Part shown: positions 13,330-26,099 of the stretch, in pieces
Layout of the letters: every line of letters starts with the position of its first letter
Position numbering within the stretch: position 1 is the stretch's first letter
Notes under the pieces: model-generated
What the model saw: only the letters and a program-made list of their open reading frames with translations
Database searches by the model: none
What the model was told of the DNA's origin: nothing
Translations under genes and position numbers: made by a program
NCBI RefSeq assembly: GCF_963921235.1
Contig: NC_086097.1
Coordinates: 30,940,001 to 31,004,000 of the forward strand
DNA: 64,000 nucleotides
From: Mobula hypostoma
Taxonomy: Eukaryota
Reading direction: 5' to 3'

Positions 13330-14120
13330 GGCGAGAAATCGATGTTCATACCATCAGGTTGGAGGCTACCCAAATGGAATATAAGGTGGTGTTCCTCCAA
13401 CCTACGTGTGGCTTTGTCATGACAGTGGAGGAGGCCATGGATGGGCATGTTGGAATGGGAATGGGAAGTGGAATTAAAATGGGTGGCCACTGGGAGATCC
13501 CACTTTTTCTGGTGGACAGAGCGTAGATGCTCGGTGAAGCGGTCTCCCAATCTACATCAGGTCTCACTGATGTACAGGAGGCCGCGCCGGGAGCACTGAA
13601 CACAGTAAATGACACCAACAGACTCACCGGTGAAGTGTCACCTCACCTGGAAGGACTGCTTGGGGCCCTGAATGGTAGTGAGGGAGGAGGTGTAGTCCAA
13701 CCTGATGACATGAACATTGATTTCTCAAACTTCCAGTAACACCCCCACCCCACCTCTCCTTCACCATGTCCCATCCCCCTTCTCCCTCTCTCACCTTTTC
13801 TCCTTGCCCACCCATCAACTCCCTCTGGTGATCCTCCCCACTTTTCTTCCATGGCCTTCTGTCTCTTTCACCAATCAACTTCCCAGCTCTTTACTTCCTC
13901 CCTCCCCCTCCTGGTTTCACCCATCACCTTGTGGAAACTGATAGTCTCTCCCCTCTCCCCACCTTTTAAATCTACTCCTCAGCATTTTTTCCCTCCAGTC
14001 CTGCCGAACGGTTTCAGCCCAAGACGGCGACTGATAGATGCTGCCTGGCCTGCTGAGTTCCTCCAGCATCTTGTGTGTGTTGCTCGGATTTCCAGCATCT
14101 GCAGATTTTCTCTTGTTTGT
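13330..14120. mobile_element. Penelope-like element with internal inversion (GIY-YIG fragment on minus, terminal region on plus)
   Basis: Minus 13330-13693 encodes ..GDRFTEHLRSV..PVATHFNS..LEEHHLIFHLGSLQPDGMNIDFS. Plus 13694-14120 repeats QPDDMNIDFSNFQ* and the terminal region. Confidence 0.85.
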
Positions 14121-14394
14121 GAAGTCCTTATTTAGTTTCAAGTACATATTAATTCAGCAATAATTGAACATAATTTAACTAAAATATATCCATGACAGGA
14201 GGCAAAGGGTGTATAGTTCATTATCCAAGCTTCCTTTTTATTAAATACTATGACCTATGAGCATCAAAATATCCTCTGCTGTGTCGAAGGGGAGTGAGAA
14301 ATGATTCAACTCCCCGTGACTTTCACCTGGAGTCGAAGCAGACTTCACTGGAGGTGCAGTGTGACTGGTGTCACTTCCATTGGAAGCTCAGAAT

Positions 14395-15340
14395 AGAACC
14401 TGAATCAGAATCGGGTTTATCACCAGTGACACATGATGTGAAATTTGTTGTTTTGCAGCAGCAGTACAGTGCCAAGACACAAAAATCTATAAATTACTGA
14501 AATAAATAAATAGTGCAAGAAAAGAATTAATGAGGTAATGTTCTTTTTTCTCATAGACCATTCATAAATCTGATGGCCGAGGGGAAGAAACCGCTCCTGA
14601 ACCTTTGTGGGGCTTCGTTCTTCTGTATCTCCTCCCTGATGGTAGTAACGGGATGAGGGTGTGTCCCAGATGGGGAGGGTCCTTAGCGATGGATGCCCAC
14701 CTTCCCTCTTGAAGATGTTGTAGATGGTGGGAGGGTGGTGCCCGTGATGTTGTGATGGAGTCGGTAAGTCTACAATCCTCTGCAGCCATTTGCAATCCTG
14801 TGTACTGAGTCTCCGTACCAGGCAGGATGATCTCTATCATACGTCAATTGAAACGTGCTAGTCTTTGGCAGCTTACCAAGTCTCCTCAGTCTCCGAAAGA
14901 AACAGAGCCCCTTGCGTGCCATTCTAGTTTATATTAACGCGTTGGGCCCAGGATAGTCCTCTGAGATTTTGATGTCCAGCAACCTGAACATGCTCACCCT
15001 TTCCACTGCTAAGCTCTCTGGTGCTAAGTCCACCATCAATTCCTTTATCTTGTGACATAGAGTGTGAGGTCGTTGCAACGCCATTTAACCAGCCAATTTA
15101 TCTTACGCCTGCTACTCATCGCCAGCTGAGATCCTGTCATTTATAGATGGTGTCTGAACTGTGCCAAGCCACACAGTCATGTGTGTAAAAAGATTCGAGC
15201 ATTGGGCTAACACACACCCCTGAGGTGTGATGGTGTTAATTGTTAGCAAGGAGGAGATATTACTTCTGATCAGCACTGACGTTGGCCTCCCAGTGAGGAA
15301 GTCAAAGATTCAGTCACAGAGGGAGAGGTACAGTGGCCCC
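14395..15340 (-). mobile_element. Degraded Rex1/Babar-like LINE
   Basis: KDPPHLGHTLIPLLPSGRRYR motif and similarity to 26100-27232. Confidence 0.65.
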
Positions 15341-15925
15341 AGGTCTCGGAGCCCCCTTATTGGTACAGAGGGGCTGATGTCAGGTGTTGAGGATTCCTGA
15401 GGGTGGGTTCATCACAACACCAGGGTTTCAGGTTAACTCTGCAGGGAGTAGCCAGCTCTTTAGTGATTATTCAGTGGGTCACACCAAACGCAAGTGAGCT
15501 GGAGCCAGCTGAGACGAGAGTATCAAGGATCAACGTTATTCACCATAAACCGTACATTAACATTTATTAGGAATTTTTATGGTGTTTTGGGCTGAGAACA
15601 ACATGCAACAAAAACACAACATTCAACGATTGTAAAGAATAAGAAACTATACAAAAATAAAGTTAAAGGTTGATGTGGTATAAAAGTGCATAAATATATA
15701 AATCCCAATCTGTATTTACAATATAAACAGCATTGTAAAAATGGTTTAAGATATTTACAGTGCAGTGACAGGGCAAATAGAGGGGATGGGGGTGCTAAAT
15801 AGAATGGTTGATCAGATTAACTGCTGGGGGAAAGAAACTTCTCTGATGGGGTGAAGCTTTTGTTTTAATAGACCTATAGCCCTATTGGTATCGTAATCGG
15901 TGTATTATTGTCATATGTTCTGAGA

Positions 15926-18272
15926 TAGAAACATAGAAAACCTACAGCACAATACAGGCCCTTCGGCCCACAAAGCTGTGCCGAACATGTCCTTACCTTA
16001 GAACTACCTAGGCTTTACCCATAGCCCTGTGTTTTTCTAATCTCCATGTATCCATCCAGGAGTCCCTTAAAAGACCCTATCACTTCCACCTCCATCACCA
16101 CCACCGGCAGCCTATTTCACGCACTCACCACTCTCTGCGTAGAAAACTCACCCCTGACATCTCCTCTGTACCTACTTCCAAGCACCTTAAAACTGTGCCC
16201 TCCCGTACTAGCCATTTCAGCCCTGGGAAAAACCCTCTGGCTATCCACATGATCAATGCCTCTCATCATCTTATACACCTCTATCAGGTCACCTCTCATA
16301 CTCCGTTGCTCCAAGGAGAAAAGGCTGAGTTCACTCAACCTATTCTCATAAGGCATGCTCCCCAATCCAGGCAACATCCTTGTAAATCTCCTCTGCACCC
16401 TTTCTATGATTTCCACATCCTTCCTATAGCGAGGTGACCAGAACTGAGCACAGTACTCCAAGTGGGGTCTGACAGGGTCCTCTATAGCTGCAACATTACC
16501 TCTCGGCTTTTAAACTCAATCCCACGATTGATGAAGGCCAATGCTCCGTATGCCTTCTTAACCACAGAGTCAACCCACGTAGCAGTTTTGAGTATCCTAT
16601 AGTCTCGGACCCCAAGATCTCTCTGATCCTCCACACTGCCAAGAGTCTTGCCATTAGTGCTATATTCTGCCATCATATTTGACCTACCAAAATGAACCAC
16701 CTCACACTTATCTGGGTTGAATTCCATTTGCCACTTTTCAGCCCAGTTTTGCATCTTATCAATGTCCCGCTGTAACCCCCGACAGCCCTCCACACTATCC
16801 ACAACACCTCCAACCTTTGTGTCATCAGCAAATTTACTAACCCATCCCTTCACTTCCTCATCCAGGTCACTTATAAGAATCACGAAGAGTAAGGGTCCCA
16901 GAACAGATTCCTGAGGCACACACTGGTCACCAGCCTCCATGCAGAATATGACCCACCTACAACCACCCTTTGCCTTCTGTGGGCAAGCCAGTTTTGGATC
17001 CACAAAGCAATGTCCCCTTGGATCCCATGCCTCCTTACTTTCTCAATAAGCCTTGCATGGGGTACTTTATCAAATTCCTTGCTAAAATCCATATACACTA
17101 CATCTACGGCTCTACCCTCATCAGTGGGTTCTTCAAAAAATTCAATCAGGCTCATAAGGCATGACCTGCCTTTGACAAAGCCATGCTGATTATTCCTAAT
17201 CATATTATGCCTCTCTAAATGTTCATAAATCCTGCCTCTCAGGATCTTTTCCATCAACTTATCAACCACTGAAGTAAGACTCACTGGTCTATAATTTCCT
17301 GGGCTGTCCCTACTCCCCTTCTTGGATAAGGGAACAACATCCACAACCCTCCAATCCTCCGGAACCTCTCCGGTCCTCGTTGATGATGCAAAGATCATCG
17401 CCAGAGGCTCAACAATCTCCTCCCTTGCTTCCCACAGTAGCTTGGGGTACATCCCGTCCGGTCCTGGTATCTTATCCAACTTGATGCTTTCCAAAACCTC
17501 CAGCACATCCTCTTCCTAATATCTACATGCTCAAACTTTTCAGTCCACTGAAAGTCTTCCCTACAATCACCAAGATCCTTTTCCGTAGTGAATACTGAAG
17601 CAAAGTATTCATTAATTACCTCTGCTATCTTCTCCGGTTCCACACACACTTTTCCACTGTCACACTTGATAGGTCCTATTCTCTCACGTCTTATCCTCTT
17701 GCTCTTCACGTACTTGTAGAATGCCTTGGAGTTTTCCTTAATCCTGTCTGCCCAGGCCTTCTCATGGCCCCTTCTGGTTCTCTTAATTTCATTCTTAAAT
17801 TCCTTCCTGCTAGCCTTATAATCTTTTAGATCTCTATCATTACCTAGTTTTTTGAACCTTTCATAAGCTCTTCTTTTTTCTTGACTAGATTTACAACAGC
17901 CTTTGTACACTACGGTGCCTGTACCCTACCATCCTTTCCCTGTCTCATTGGAACGTACCTACGCAGAACCCCATGCAAATATCCCCAGAACATTTGCCAC
18001 ATTTCTTCTGTACGTTTCCCTGAGAACATCTGTTTCCAATTTATGCTTCCAAGTTCCTGCCTGATAGCCTCATATTTCCCCTTACTCCAATTAAACACTT
18101 TCCTAACTTGTCTCTTCCTTTCCCTCTCCAAAGCTGTGGTAAAGGAAATAGAATTGTGATCACTATCTCCAAAATGCTCTCTCACTGAGAGATCTGACAC
18201 CTGACCAGGTTCATTCCCCAATACCAGATCAAGTACAGCCTCTCCTCTTGTAGGCTTATCTACATAATGTGA
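15926..18272 (-). mobile_element. CR1 LINE, 5'-truncated (subfamily A)
   Basis: RT pieces ([51 protein letters not shown]) and a TTCTATGTTTCTAT tail. Confidence 0.95.
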
Positions 18273-18569
18273 CACAGTGGAAAGATTTAATCTGCATACT
18301 GTCCAAACAGGTCATTCCATACGCACGTACATCAAGGTTGTAAAAAGGAAGCAGAAAGCAGAATTTACTGTTACAGAACTGTATTCCAGCAGCACCATAT
18401 AGCGTAACGTCTTACAGCCTCAGTGACCTGTGTGCTATTCCATCTCTGTCTGTAAAAAGTTAGTAGGTTTTCCCCAGTTTCCTCTGGTTGCTCCAGTTTC
18501 CTTCCCCATCCCAATGTTGCACCGGTTAGTGGATTAAACAGCTGATGTAAATGCAGTACTCTCTCAGTA

Positions 18570-19530
18570 GCCCCCTCCCACAGTGTGATCCTCCCTCAGT
18601 ATCTCCCCTCCCACAGTGTCACCCTCCCTCAGTACCCCCTCCCACAGTGAGACCCTCCCTCAGTACCACCCCTCCCACAGTGTGACCCTCTCTCAGTACC
18701 CCCCTTCCACAGTGTGACCCTCCCTCAGTACCACCTCTCCCACAGTGACTCTCCTTCAGTACCACCCCTCCCACAGTGTGACCCTCCCTCAGTACCACCT
18801 CTCCCACAGTGTGACTCTCCCTCAGTACCACCTCTCCCACAGTGACTCTCCTTCAGTACCACCCCTCCCACAGTGTGACCCTCTGTCATTCGCCCCCTCC
18901 CACAGTGTGACCCTCCCTCAGTACCACCCCACCCACAGTGTGACCCTCCCTCAGTACCTCCCCTCCCACAGTGTGACCCTCCCACAGTACCACCCCTCCC
19001 ACAGTGTGACCCTCCCTCAGTACCACCCCTCCCACAGTGTCACCCTCTCTCAGTACCCCCCTCCCACAGTGTCACCCTCCCTCAGTACCTCCCCTCCCAC
19101 AGTGTGACCCTCCCTCAGTACCACCCCTCCCACAGTGTGACCCTCTCTCAGTACCACCCCTCCCACAGTGTGACCCTCCCTCAGTACCTCCCCTCCCACA
19201 GTGTGACCCTCCCTCAGTACCACCCCTTCCACAGTGTGACCCTCCCTCAGTACCTCCCCTCCCACAGTGTGACCCTCCCTCAGTACCCCCTCCCACATTG
19301 TGACCCTCCCTCAGTACCTCCCCTCCCACAGTGTGACCCTCTGTCATTCGCCCCCCTCCCACAGTGAGACCCTCTGTCATTCGCCCCCTCCCACAGTGTG
19401 ACCCTCCCTCAGTACCTCCCCTCCCACAGTGTGACCCTCCCTCAGTACCACTCCTCACACTGTGTGACCCTCCCTCAGTACCTCCCGTCCCACAGTGTGA
19501 TCCTCTGTCATTCGCCCCCTCCCACAGATG
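18570..19530. repeat. Minisatellite with about 33-34-bp unit ccacagtgtgaccctccctcagtaccacccctc
   Basis: Directly visible tandem array with a variant unit ccctctgtcattcgcccc. Confidence 0.95.
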
Positions 19531-19809
19531 AGCCTCCTTCACTCCTAACTCTCAAAGAGTGTAAACTCCTGATATACCACCCCTCCCTCTGAACCTTTTA
19601 CAGTCCAGTGTGCAGGGTCCCAAGCTGAAACATCAGTAAATCCTCGTTCCCCCTTTCCCCACCCCACAGGTGCTGCCCAGTCCGCTGAATTCTCCCAGCA
19701 GACTGTTTGTTGCTCTGAGTTCCAGCCTCCGCCATCTCTCGTGAATCCACAAGTCTTTGTCACTGGTTTGAATCAACAAATTTTGAAGTGAGCTGCTGAC
19801 ATTGTTAGA

Positions 19810-20380
19810 GCCATAGAATCATAGAGCACTACAGCACAAAAATAGGCCCTTCAGCCCATCTAGTCCACACCAAACTGTTATTCTGCCTAATCCTATCGAT
19901 CCACACCCGGACGACAGTCCTCAGTATCCCTCACATCCATGTACTTATCCAAATTTCTCTTAAGTGTTGCAATTGGACCCACTTCCGCTAGAAGCTCATT
20001 CCACACATTCGCCACTCTCTGAATGAAGAAGTTTCCCCTCTGGGTCCCCTTGAATATTTCACCTTTCACCCTTAACCTGTGACCTCTAGTTCTAGTCTCA
20101 CCAATCTCAGAGGGAAAAAAGCCTGTTTGCATTTATCCTCATAATTACCCCTCATAATTTTGTCTACTTCTATCAAATCTCCCCTCATTCTCCTAACTCC
20201 AGGGATAAAGTCCTCATCAACCCTTCCCAAAAACTCAGGTCCTCAAGTCCTGGCAAGATCCTTGCAAATACAATACTTCAAATTTGGGCTTGTAATGGTC
20301 TTATAAATTCCAACAAAACATCCCAACTCCATTTTACGACCCTCTCTACCTGTGACGCCACTTTCAAGGAATTATAGACC
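19810..20380 (-). mobile_element. CR1 3' fragment
   Basis: TRGHRLRVKGEIFKG..RGNFFIQRV..VWN motif. Confidence 0.8.
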
Positions 20381-20467
20381 AGTATTCTATTTAATTCTAT
20401 CTTTATTTAATGAGCCAGTGTTGTTGATGTGGGAATTTCTGACCAGACACGCAGACTCCTGATTCAC

Positions 20468-20482
20468 CCAGCAGAGGGCGCT
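20468..20482 (+). promoter_or_regulatory. CTCF core motif
   Basis: CCAGCAGAGGGCGCT fits the CCASYAGRKGGCRS consensus and lies in a short unique island between repeats. Confidence 0.5.
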
Positions 20483-20853
20483 GGCAGCCGTCGGGAATCT
20501 CCAATCATTGCCGCGAATTCGGTCAAATGGTTACTATGATATGACAATCCCACAGTATCCCAGCAGGAGCCCAGATGAATACCTACTCGAGTTAGAAACT
20601 GTTTTTTTTCCTTTCTGTTGGGGAGTTGAGAGTCAGAGGCCAGATCAGGTTGGGGGTTGGGGGGGGGTAATTGTCTCTTTGTGGAACTGGAATTGGTTTA
20701 TTCAAGATTGTTTACTGTCATTCTTCAGTAAACAAGTGTAAAGGAGAACAAAATTATTGTTACTCTGGATCCGATGCAGCATAAGAACACAATAACTATG
20801 AATAAATACAAGAGATTCTGCAAATGCTGGAAATCCAGATTAAATCCAGGGAA

Positions 20854-21752
20854 CATACATCAAAGTTGCTGGTGAACGCAGCAGGCCAGGCAGCATCTAT
20901 AGGAAGAGGCGCAGTCGACGTTTCAGGCCGAGACCCTTCGTCAGGACTAACTGAAGGAAGAGTGAGTAAGGGATTTGAAAGTTGGAGGGGGAGGGGGAGA
21001 TCCAAAATGATAGGAGAAGACAGGAGGGGGAGGGATGGAGCCAAGAGGGGGACAGGTGATAGGCAAAAGGGATATGAGAGGATCATGGGACAGGAGGTCC
21101 GGGAAGAAAGACGGGGGGGGGTGACCCAGAGGATGGGCAAGAGGTATATTCAGAGGGACAGAGGGAGAAAAAGGAGAGTGAGAGAAAGAATGTGTGCATT
21201 AAAAAGAGTAACAGATGGGGTACGAGGGGGAGGTGGGGCCTAGCGGAAGTTAGAGAAGTCAATGTTCATGCCATCAGGTTGGAGGCTACCCTGACGGAAT
21301 ATAAGGTGTTGTTCCTCCAACCTGAGTGTGGCTTCATCTTTACAGTAGAGGAGGCCGTGGATAGACATGTCAGAATGGGAATGGGATGTGGAATTAAAAT
21401 GTGTGGCCACTGGGAGATCCTGCTTTCTCTGGCGGACAGAGCGTAGATGTTCAGCAAAGCGGTCTCCCAGTCTGCGTCGGGTCTCACCAATATATAAAAG
21501 GCCGCATCGGGAGCACCGGACGCAGTATATCACCCCAGTCGACTCACAGGTGAAGTGATGCCTCACCTGGAAGGACTGTTTGGGGCCCTGAATGGTGGTA
21601 AGGGAGGAAGTGTAAGGGCATGTGTAGCACTTGTTCCGCTTACATGGATAAGTGCCAGGAGGGAGATCAGTGGGGAGGGATGGGGGGGACGAATGGACAA
21701 GGGAGTTGTGTAGGGAGCGATCCCTGCGGAATGCAGAGAGAGACGGGGAGGG
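20854..21752 (-). mobile_element. Penelope-like element, 5'-truncated: GIY-YIG endonuclease C-terminus plus terminal repeat
   Basis: Uninterrupted frame with C-x2-C, VIYCVRCSRCGLLYIGETRRRLGDRFAEH...LEEQHLIFRQGSLQPDGMNIDFSNFR*. A 12-bp duplication AAATCCAGGGAA flanks it at 20842-20853 and 21753-21764. Confidence 0.92.
20912..20950 (-). ncRNA. Minimal type I hammerhead ribozyme motif in Penelope terminal repeat
   Basis: Minus strand reads UAGUC-CUGACGA-AGGGUCUCGGCCU-GAAAC-GUC-GACUG. It has CUGANGA and GAAA boxes, stem I AGUC/GACU, stem II AGG/CCU, a GUC cleavage triplet, and a palindromic ACGU in place of stem III. Confidence 0.8.
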
Positions 21753-22149
21753 AAATCCAGGGAAATCCAGTTTAAGATCCTGCTGGTGACGCACAACGAC
21801 AATTTGCTGGTAGAAAACAAAACAAACGGAAGTACAAATTACTGTATTAATCACACCTTTTCTTGGAAAAATTGGCACATGTATGAAGATTCAGTGGAAA
21901 GCTTGCCTTGCACAATATACAGATCAAACCATTACACAGTGCAGTGAAGGTAGAACAAGGTAAAACAATAGCAGAATGCAGAGTAGAACATAGAAATCTA
22001 CAGCACCTTACAGGCCCTGTTGTGCCAACCATGTAACCTACTCTAGAAACTGCCCAGAATTTCCCTAGCGCATAGCCCTCGAGTTTTCTACGCTCCATGT
22101 ACCTATCTATAAGACTCTTAAAAACCTATTGTATCTGCCAAAAGACCCT

Positions 22150-22640
22150 ATTGTGTCTGAATAAAGTATCACAGTTACAGAGAGTAGTTAAACTATAAAG
22201 TGCAAGGTCATAATGAGGTAAGTTGTGAGGTCAAAGGTCCATCTTATTGTACAGGAGGTCTGTTCAATTGTCTGATTAGAGAGGGATAGAAGCCGTCCTT
22301 CACCTTGGTGGTAAGTGCTTTCTGGCATGTTGTATCTTCTTCCCAATGGGAAGGAGAGAGAAGAGAGAATGCCCGGGGGGTGGGGGGGTCTCTGGTTATG
22401 CGGCTGCTGTACCGAGGCAGTGAGAAGGATAGACAGGGTGCACGGAGGGGTGAGATGTGCTGAGCTGTATCCACAACTCTCTGCAGCTCCTTGCAGTCAC
22501 AGGCAGAGCCGTTTCCGTACCAAGCTGTGATGTCTCTCAGACAAGATGCTTTCTGTGGGCATTTGTGAGGGTTGACTGCCACGTGCCACATTTGTTTTTA
22601 GCCTCCGAACGAAGTAGAGGTGTTGGTAAGCTTTCTTGGA
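22150..22640 (-). mobile_element. Rex1/Babar-like LINE 3' fragment
   Basis: ITAWYGN.SA.D.K.LQRVV.TAQHI motif. Confidence 0.7.
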
Positions 22641-23942
22641 AAGGACGGTGCTGAGGGAGCCCTGTATCAGTTCTGAAGAGACCCCTCGTGCTCCAAAGAT
22701 GAATTCTGCATCTCTTATTCTATCTCATTGTGGCTCTTGCACCCTATTTGTCCACCTGTACAGGTATTCCACTTTCCCTGTAACTGTAACAGTTTGTACG
22801 CATGACAGTAAAAACAATTGACCAATTTGCCACTAGATTTTGCCTTCTGTAACACAGGAGATTCCGCAGTTGCTGGAAATCCATGAGCAACACACACAAA
22901 ATATTGGAGACACTCAGCAGGCCGGGCAGCATCTATGGAGGGGAATAAACAGTCGGAGTTTTGGCCTGAGATCCTTCATCAGGACTCGTGATTTAGCACT
23001 TTTTTTCCCTTTTTCTACTTCAATAAGGTTGAATAGGTTAGACCTTGTTCCCTGGAACATATGAGAATCAAGAGGAATTTGATAGCGGTCTGCAAAATTA
23101 TGAGGGGTATAGATACTGTATGGTAAATACAAGCAGGCTTTTTCCACTGAGTTCAAGTGAGACTAGAACCAGCGGTTTAGGGTGAAAGGTGAAACATTTA
23201 AGGGGGACATGAGGGAGATCTTCTCACTCAGGGGGAGGTGAGAGTGTGGAGGAGCTGCCATCTGAAGTGGTGGATGCAGGTTCATAGAACATAGAACAGT
23301 ACAGCACAGTACAGGCCCTTTGGCTTCAAATTTAGGTAGGTACATGGACAGGAGGGGTATGGAGAGCCTAGAGGGGCCAAAGGGCCTGTTTCGGTGTGCA
23401 GTGCTCTTGGATTCTATGTTCATTTGTACAGAATTATCAGTCAGATGGTACACCGGCAAAAGCTGCTCACTGTACCTCAGTACATATGACAATTATCAAA
23501 ACCTTTCCCAATTCGGAACAATCTAACTTAGCTCAATCTACAATTACAGCCGTCATTTACATATGCCCTCACCTATTGAACCAGAGGTATAGAGTTGTTA
23601 TTGTTTCCTATGCTTGCTTGTATTTTATATAATCACCTATATACGTGATTGAATTTCCCAGCAATTATAGTACAGTTATTTCTGTATTTTTCTAGAAACT
23701 TCTTAGTTTTCAGTAACAGGTTTCATGCCATATAAATCTGGCTATTTTATAGGTAAATTGTTATCAATGGAATTTGTTGTATTATCTCTACTCCGAGAGT
23801 GAAACAACCATGACTGGTCTTTCTGGTGTTGTTTCTTTATTCTCTCACCTTTCTCTTGTTTGTCTTTCATTCTTGTAACATTTAATAAACCGGCCAGAAG
23901 TAACAATTTAATTCCTCACTCTTGACTTCTGAAAAATCTTTC

Positions 23943-25066
23943 ATAGAACATAGAACACAGAATAGTACAGCACAGTACAGGCCCTTCAGCCCACATGTTG
24001 TGCCGACCTTCAAACCCTGCCTCCCATATAAGCCCCCACCTTGGATTCCTCCATATACCTGTCTAGTAGTCTCTTAAACTTCACTAGTGTATCTGCCTCC
24101 ACCACTGACTCAGGCAGTGCATTCCATGCACCAACCACTCTCTGAGTAAAAAACCTTCCTCTAATATCCCCCTTGAACTTCCCACCCCTTACCTTAAAGC
24201 CATGTCCTCTTGTATTGAGCAGTGATGCCCTGGGGAAGAGGCACTGGCTATCCACTCTATCTATTCCTCTTATTATCTTGTACACCTCTATCATGTCTCC
24301 TCTCATCCTCCTTCTCTCCAAAGAGTAAAGCCCTAGCTCCCTTAATCTCTGATCATAATGCATACTTTCTAAACCAGGCAGCATCCTGGTAAATCAACTC
24401 TGTACCCTTTCCAATGCTTCCACATCCTTCCTATAGTGAGGTGACCAGAACTGGACACAGTACTCCAAGTGTGGCCTAACCAGAGTTTTATAGAGCTGCA
24501 TCATTACATCGCCACTCTTAAACTCTATCCCTTGACTTATGAAAGCTAACACCCCATAAGCTTTCTTAACTACCCTATCTACCTGTGAGGCAACTTTCAG
24601 GGATCTGTGGACATGTACCCCGAGATCCCTCTGCTCCTCCACACTACCAAGTATCCTGCCATTTACTTTGTACTCTGCCTTGGAGTTTGTCCTTCCAAAG
24701 TGTACCACCTCACACTTCTCCGGGTTGAACTCCATCTGCCACTTCTCAGCCCACTTCTTCATCCTATCAATGTCTCTCTGCAATCTTTGAAAATCCTCTA
24801 CACTATCTACAACACCACCAAACTTTGTGTCGTCTGCAAACTTGCCAGCCCACCCTTCTACCCCCACATCCAGGTCGTTAATAAAAATCACGAAAAGTAG
24901 AGGTCCCAGAACAGATCCTTGTGGGACATCGCTAGTCACAATCCTCCAATCTGAATGTACTCCCTCCACCACCACCCTCTGCCTTCTGCAGGCAAGCCAA
25001 TTCTGAATCCACCTGGCCAAACTTCCCTGGATCCCATGCCTTCTAACTTTCTGAATAAGCCTACCG
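23943..25066 (-). mobile_element. CR1 LINE, young 5'-truncated copy (subfamily B)
   Basis: [27 protein letters not shown] and RPHLEYCVQFWSP motifs. Near-identical to 41310-42403. Confidence 0.95.
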
Positions 25067-25769
25067 TTTCGATCACAAAAGTATCAGGATCCAATCTATT
25101 TTGCCTGAAGGCAGCAGCATGTGGGAGTGAAACTGCTCCAAACTGCAACAAACAGTGTGTAACAATCAGTGTGTAACACTCAATGTGTAACAAACTGTAA
25201 CAATCAGCACAGAGAAGATAATTTCAGTTTGTGTAGTAGGACGAGTGTTGCTGGCTCTGTGCAGTGCCTAGCTCACTTGTGCGATCAGTCACTTCTGGTG
25301 ATAATGGAGTGATAGTCCAAACATCATGTGCAAGTGTTCACAAAATCACACTCAAACACACACACACTCACATGTAAACACACACACACACACTCACATG
25401 TAAACACGCACACACACACACACACTGTGCACATTACGGGAATACGCAGAGTGAGATGAACACGGGATTCCGAACATTCCGTCAGTGTGGGCCAGAGTCG
25501 ATCCACACAGCCAAGGCTGGAATTCGGATCGTGCTTCGGATGCCTTTGTAGTGTGTGGGCAGGGACGCCACTCAGAGCCGGAGTCGCTCCGAACTTTACC
25601 AACAATTGTCTCCGTAGTCAGACAGATCAAAAGTCTTAACCTCGCATTCTACAGCGGAGTAAGAGGAATTCCCACGGGCTGCAGTTTACAATGTGGTCAC
25701 TCGGGTCGTGTAGGAAGCCCAGGACAAACAGCAAATCGACAATGAGCTCTCGGCCATTGGGGTTAGTTT

Positions 25770-26097
25770 AGGGGCTGATACAGGGCTGTAAGGAGAGAGT
25801 GGGGCGGTGGGATTAGTGTGGGGACTGACACGGGGTTAGTGTGGGGACTGACACGGGGCTGTGGGGAGAGAATGGGGCAGTGGGATTAGTGTGGGGACTG
25901 ACACGGGTCTGTGAGGAGAGAGTGGGGCGGTGGGATTAGTGTGGGGACTGACACGGGGCTGTGAGGAGAGAGTGGGGCGGTGGGATTAGTGTGGGGACTG
26001 ACACGGGGCTGTGAGGAGAGAGTGGGGCGGTGGGATTAGTGTGGGGACTGACACGGGGCTGTGGGGAGAGAATGGGGCAGTGGGATTAGTGTGAGAC
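25770..26097. repeat. About 50-bp G-rich minisatellite, left half
   Basis: Unit gggattagtgtggggactgacacggggctgtgaggagagagtggggcggt. Confidence 0.9.
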
Positions 26098-26099
26098 CA

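Noticed and set aside
18619..19592. GGSHCGRGGTE and PPSVPPLPQCD repeat ORFs
   Set aside because: Minisatellite translations in several frames on both strands.
25600..25648. 49-nt minus-strand segment with acceptor ttcctcttactccgctgtag and donor gtaaag
   Set aside because: Two open frames (ECEVKTFDLSDYGDNC or NARLRLLICLTTETIV), but no recognisable homology or partner exons. Not supportable without RNA data.
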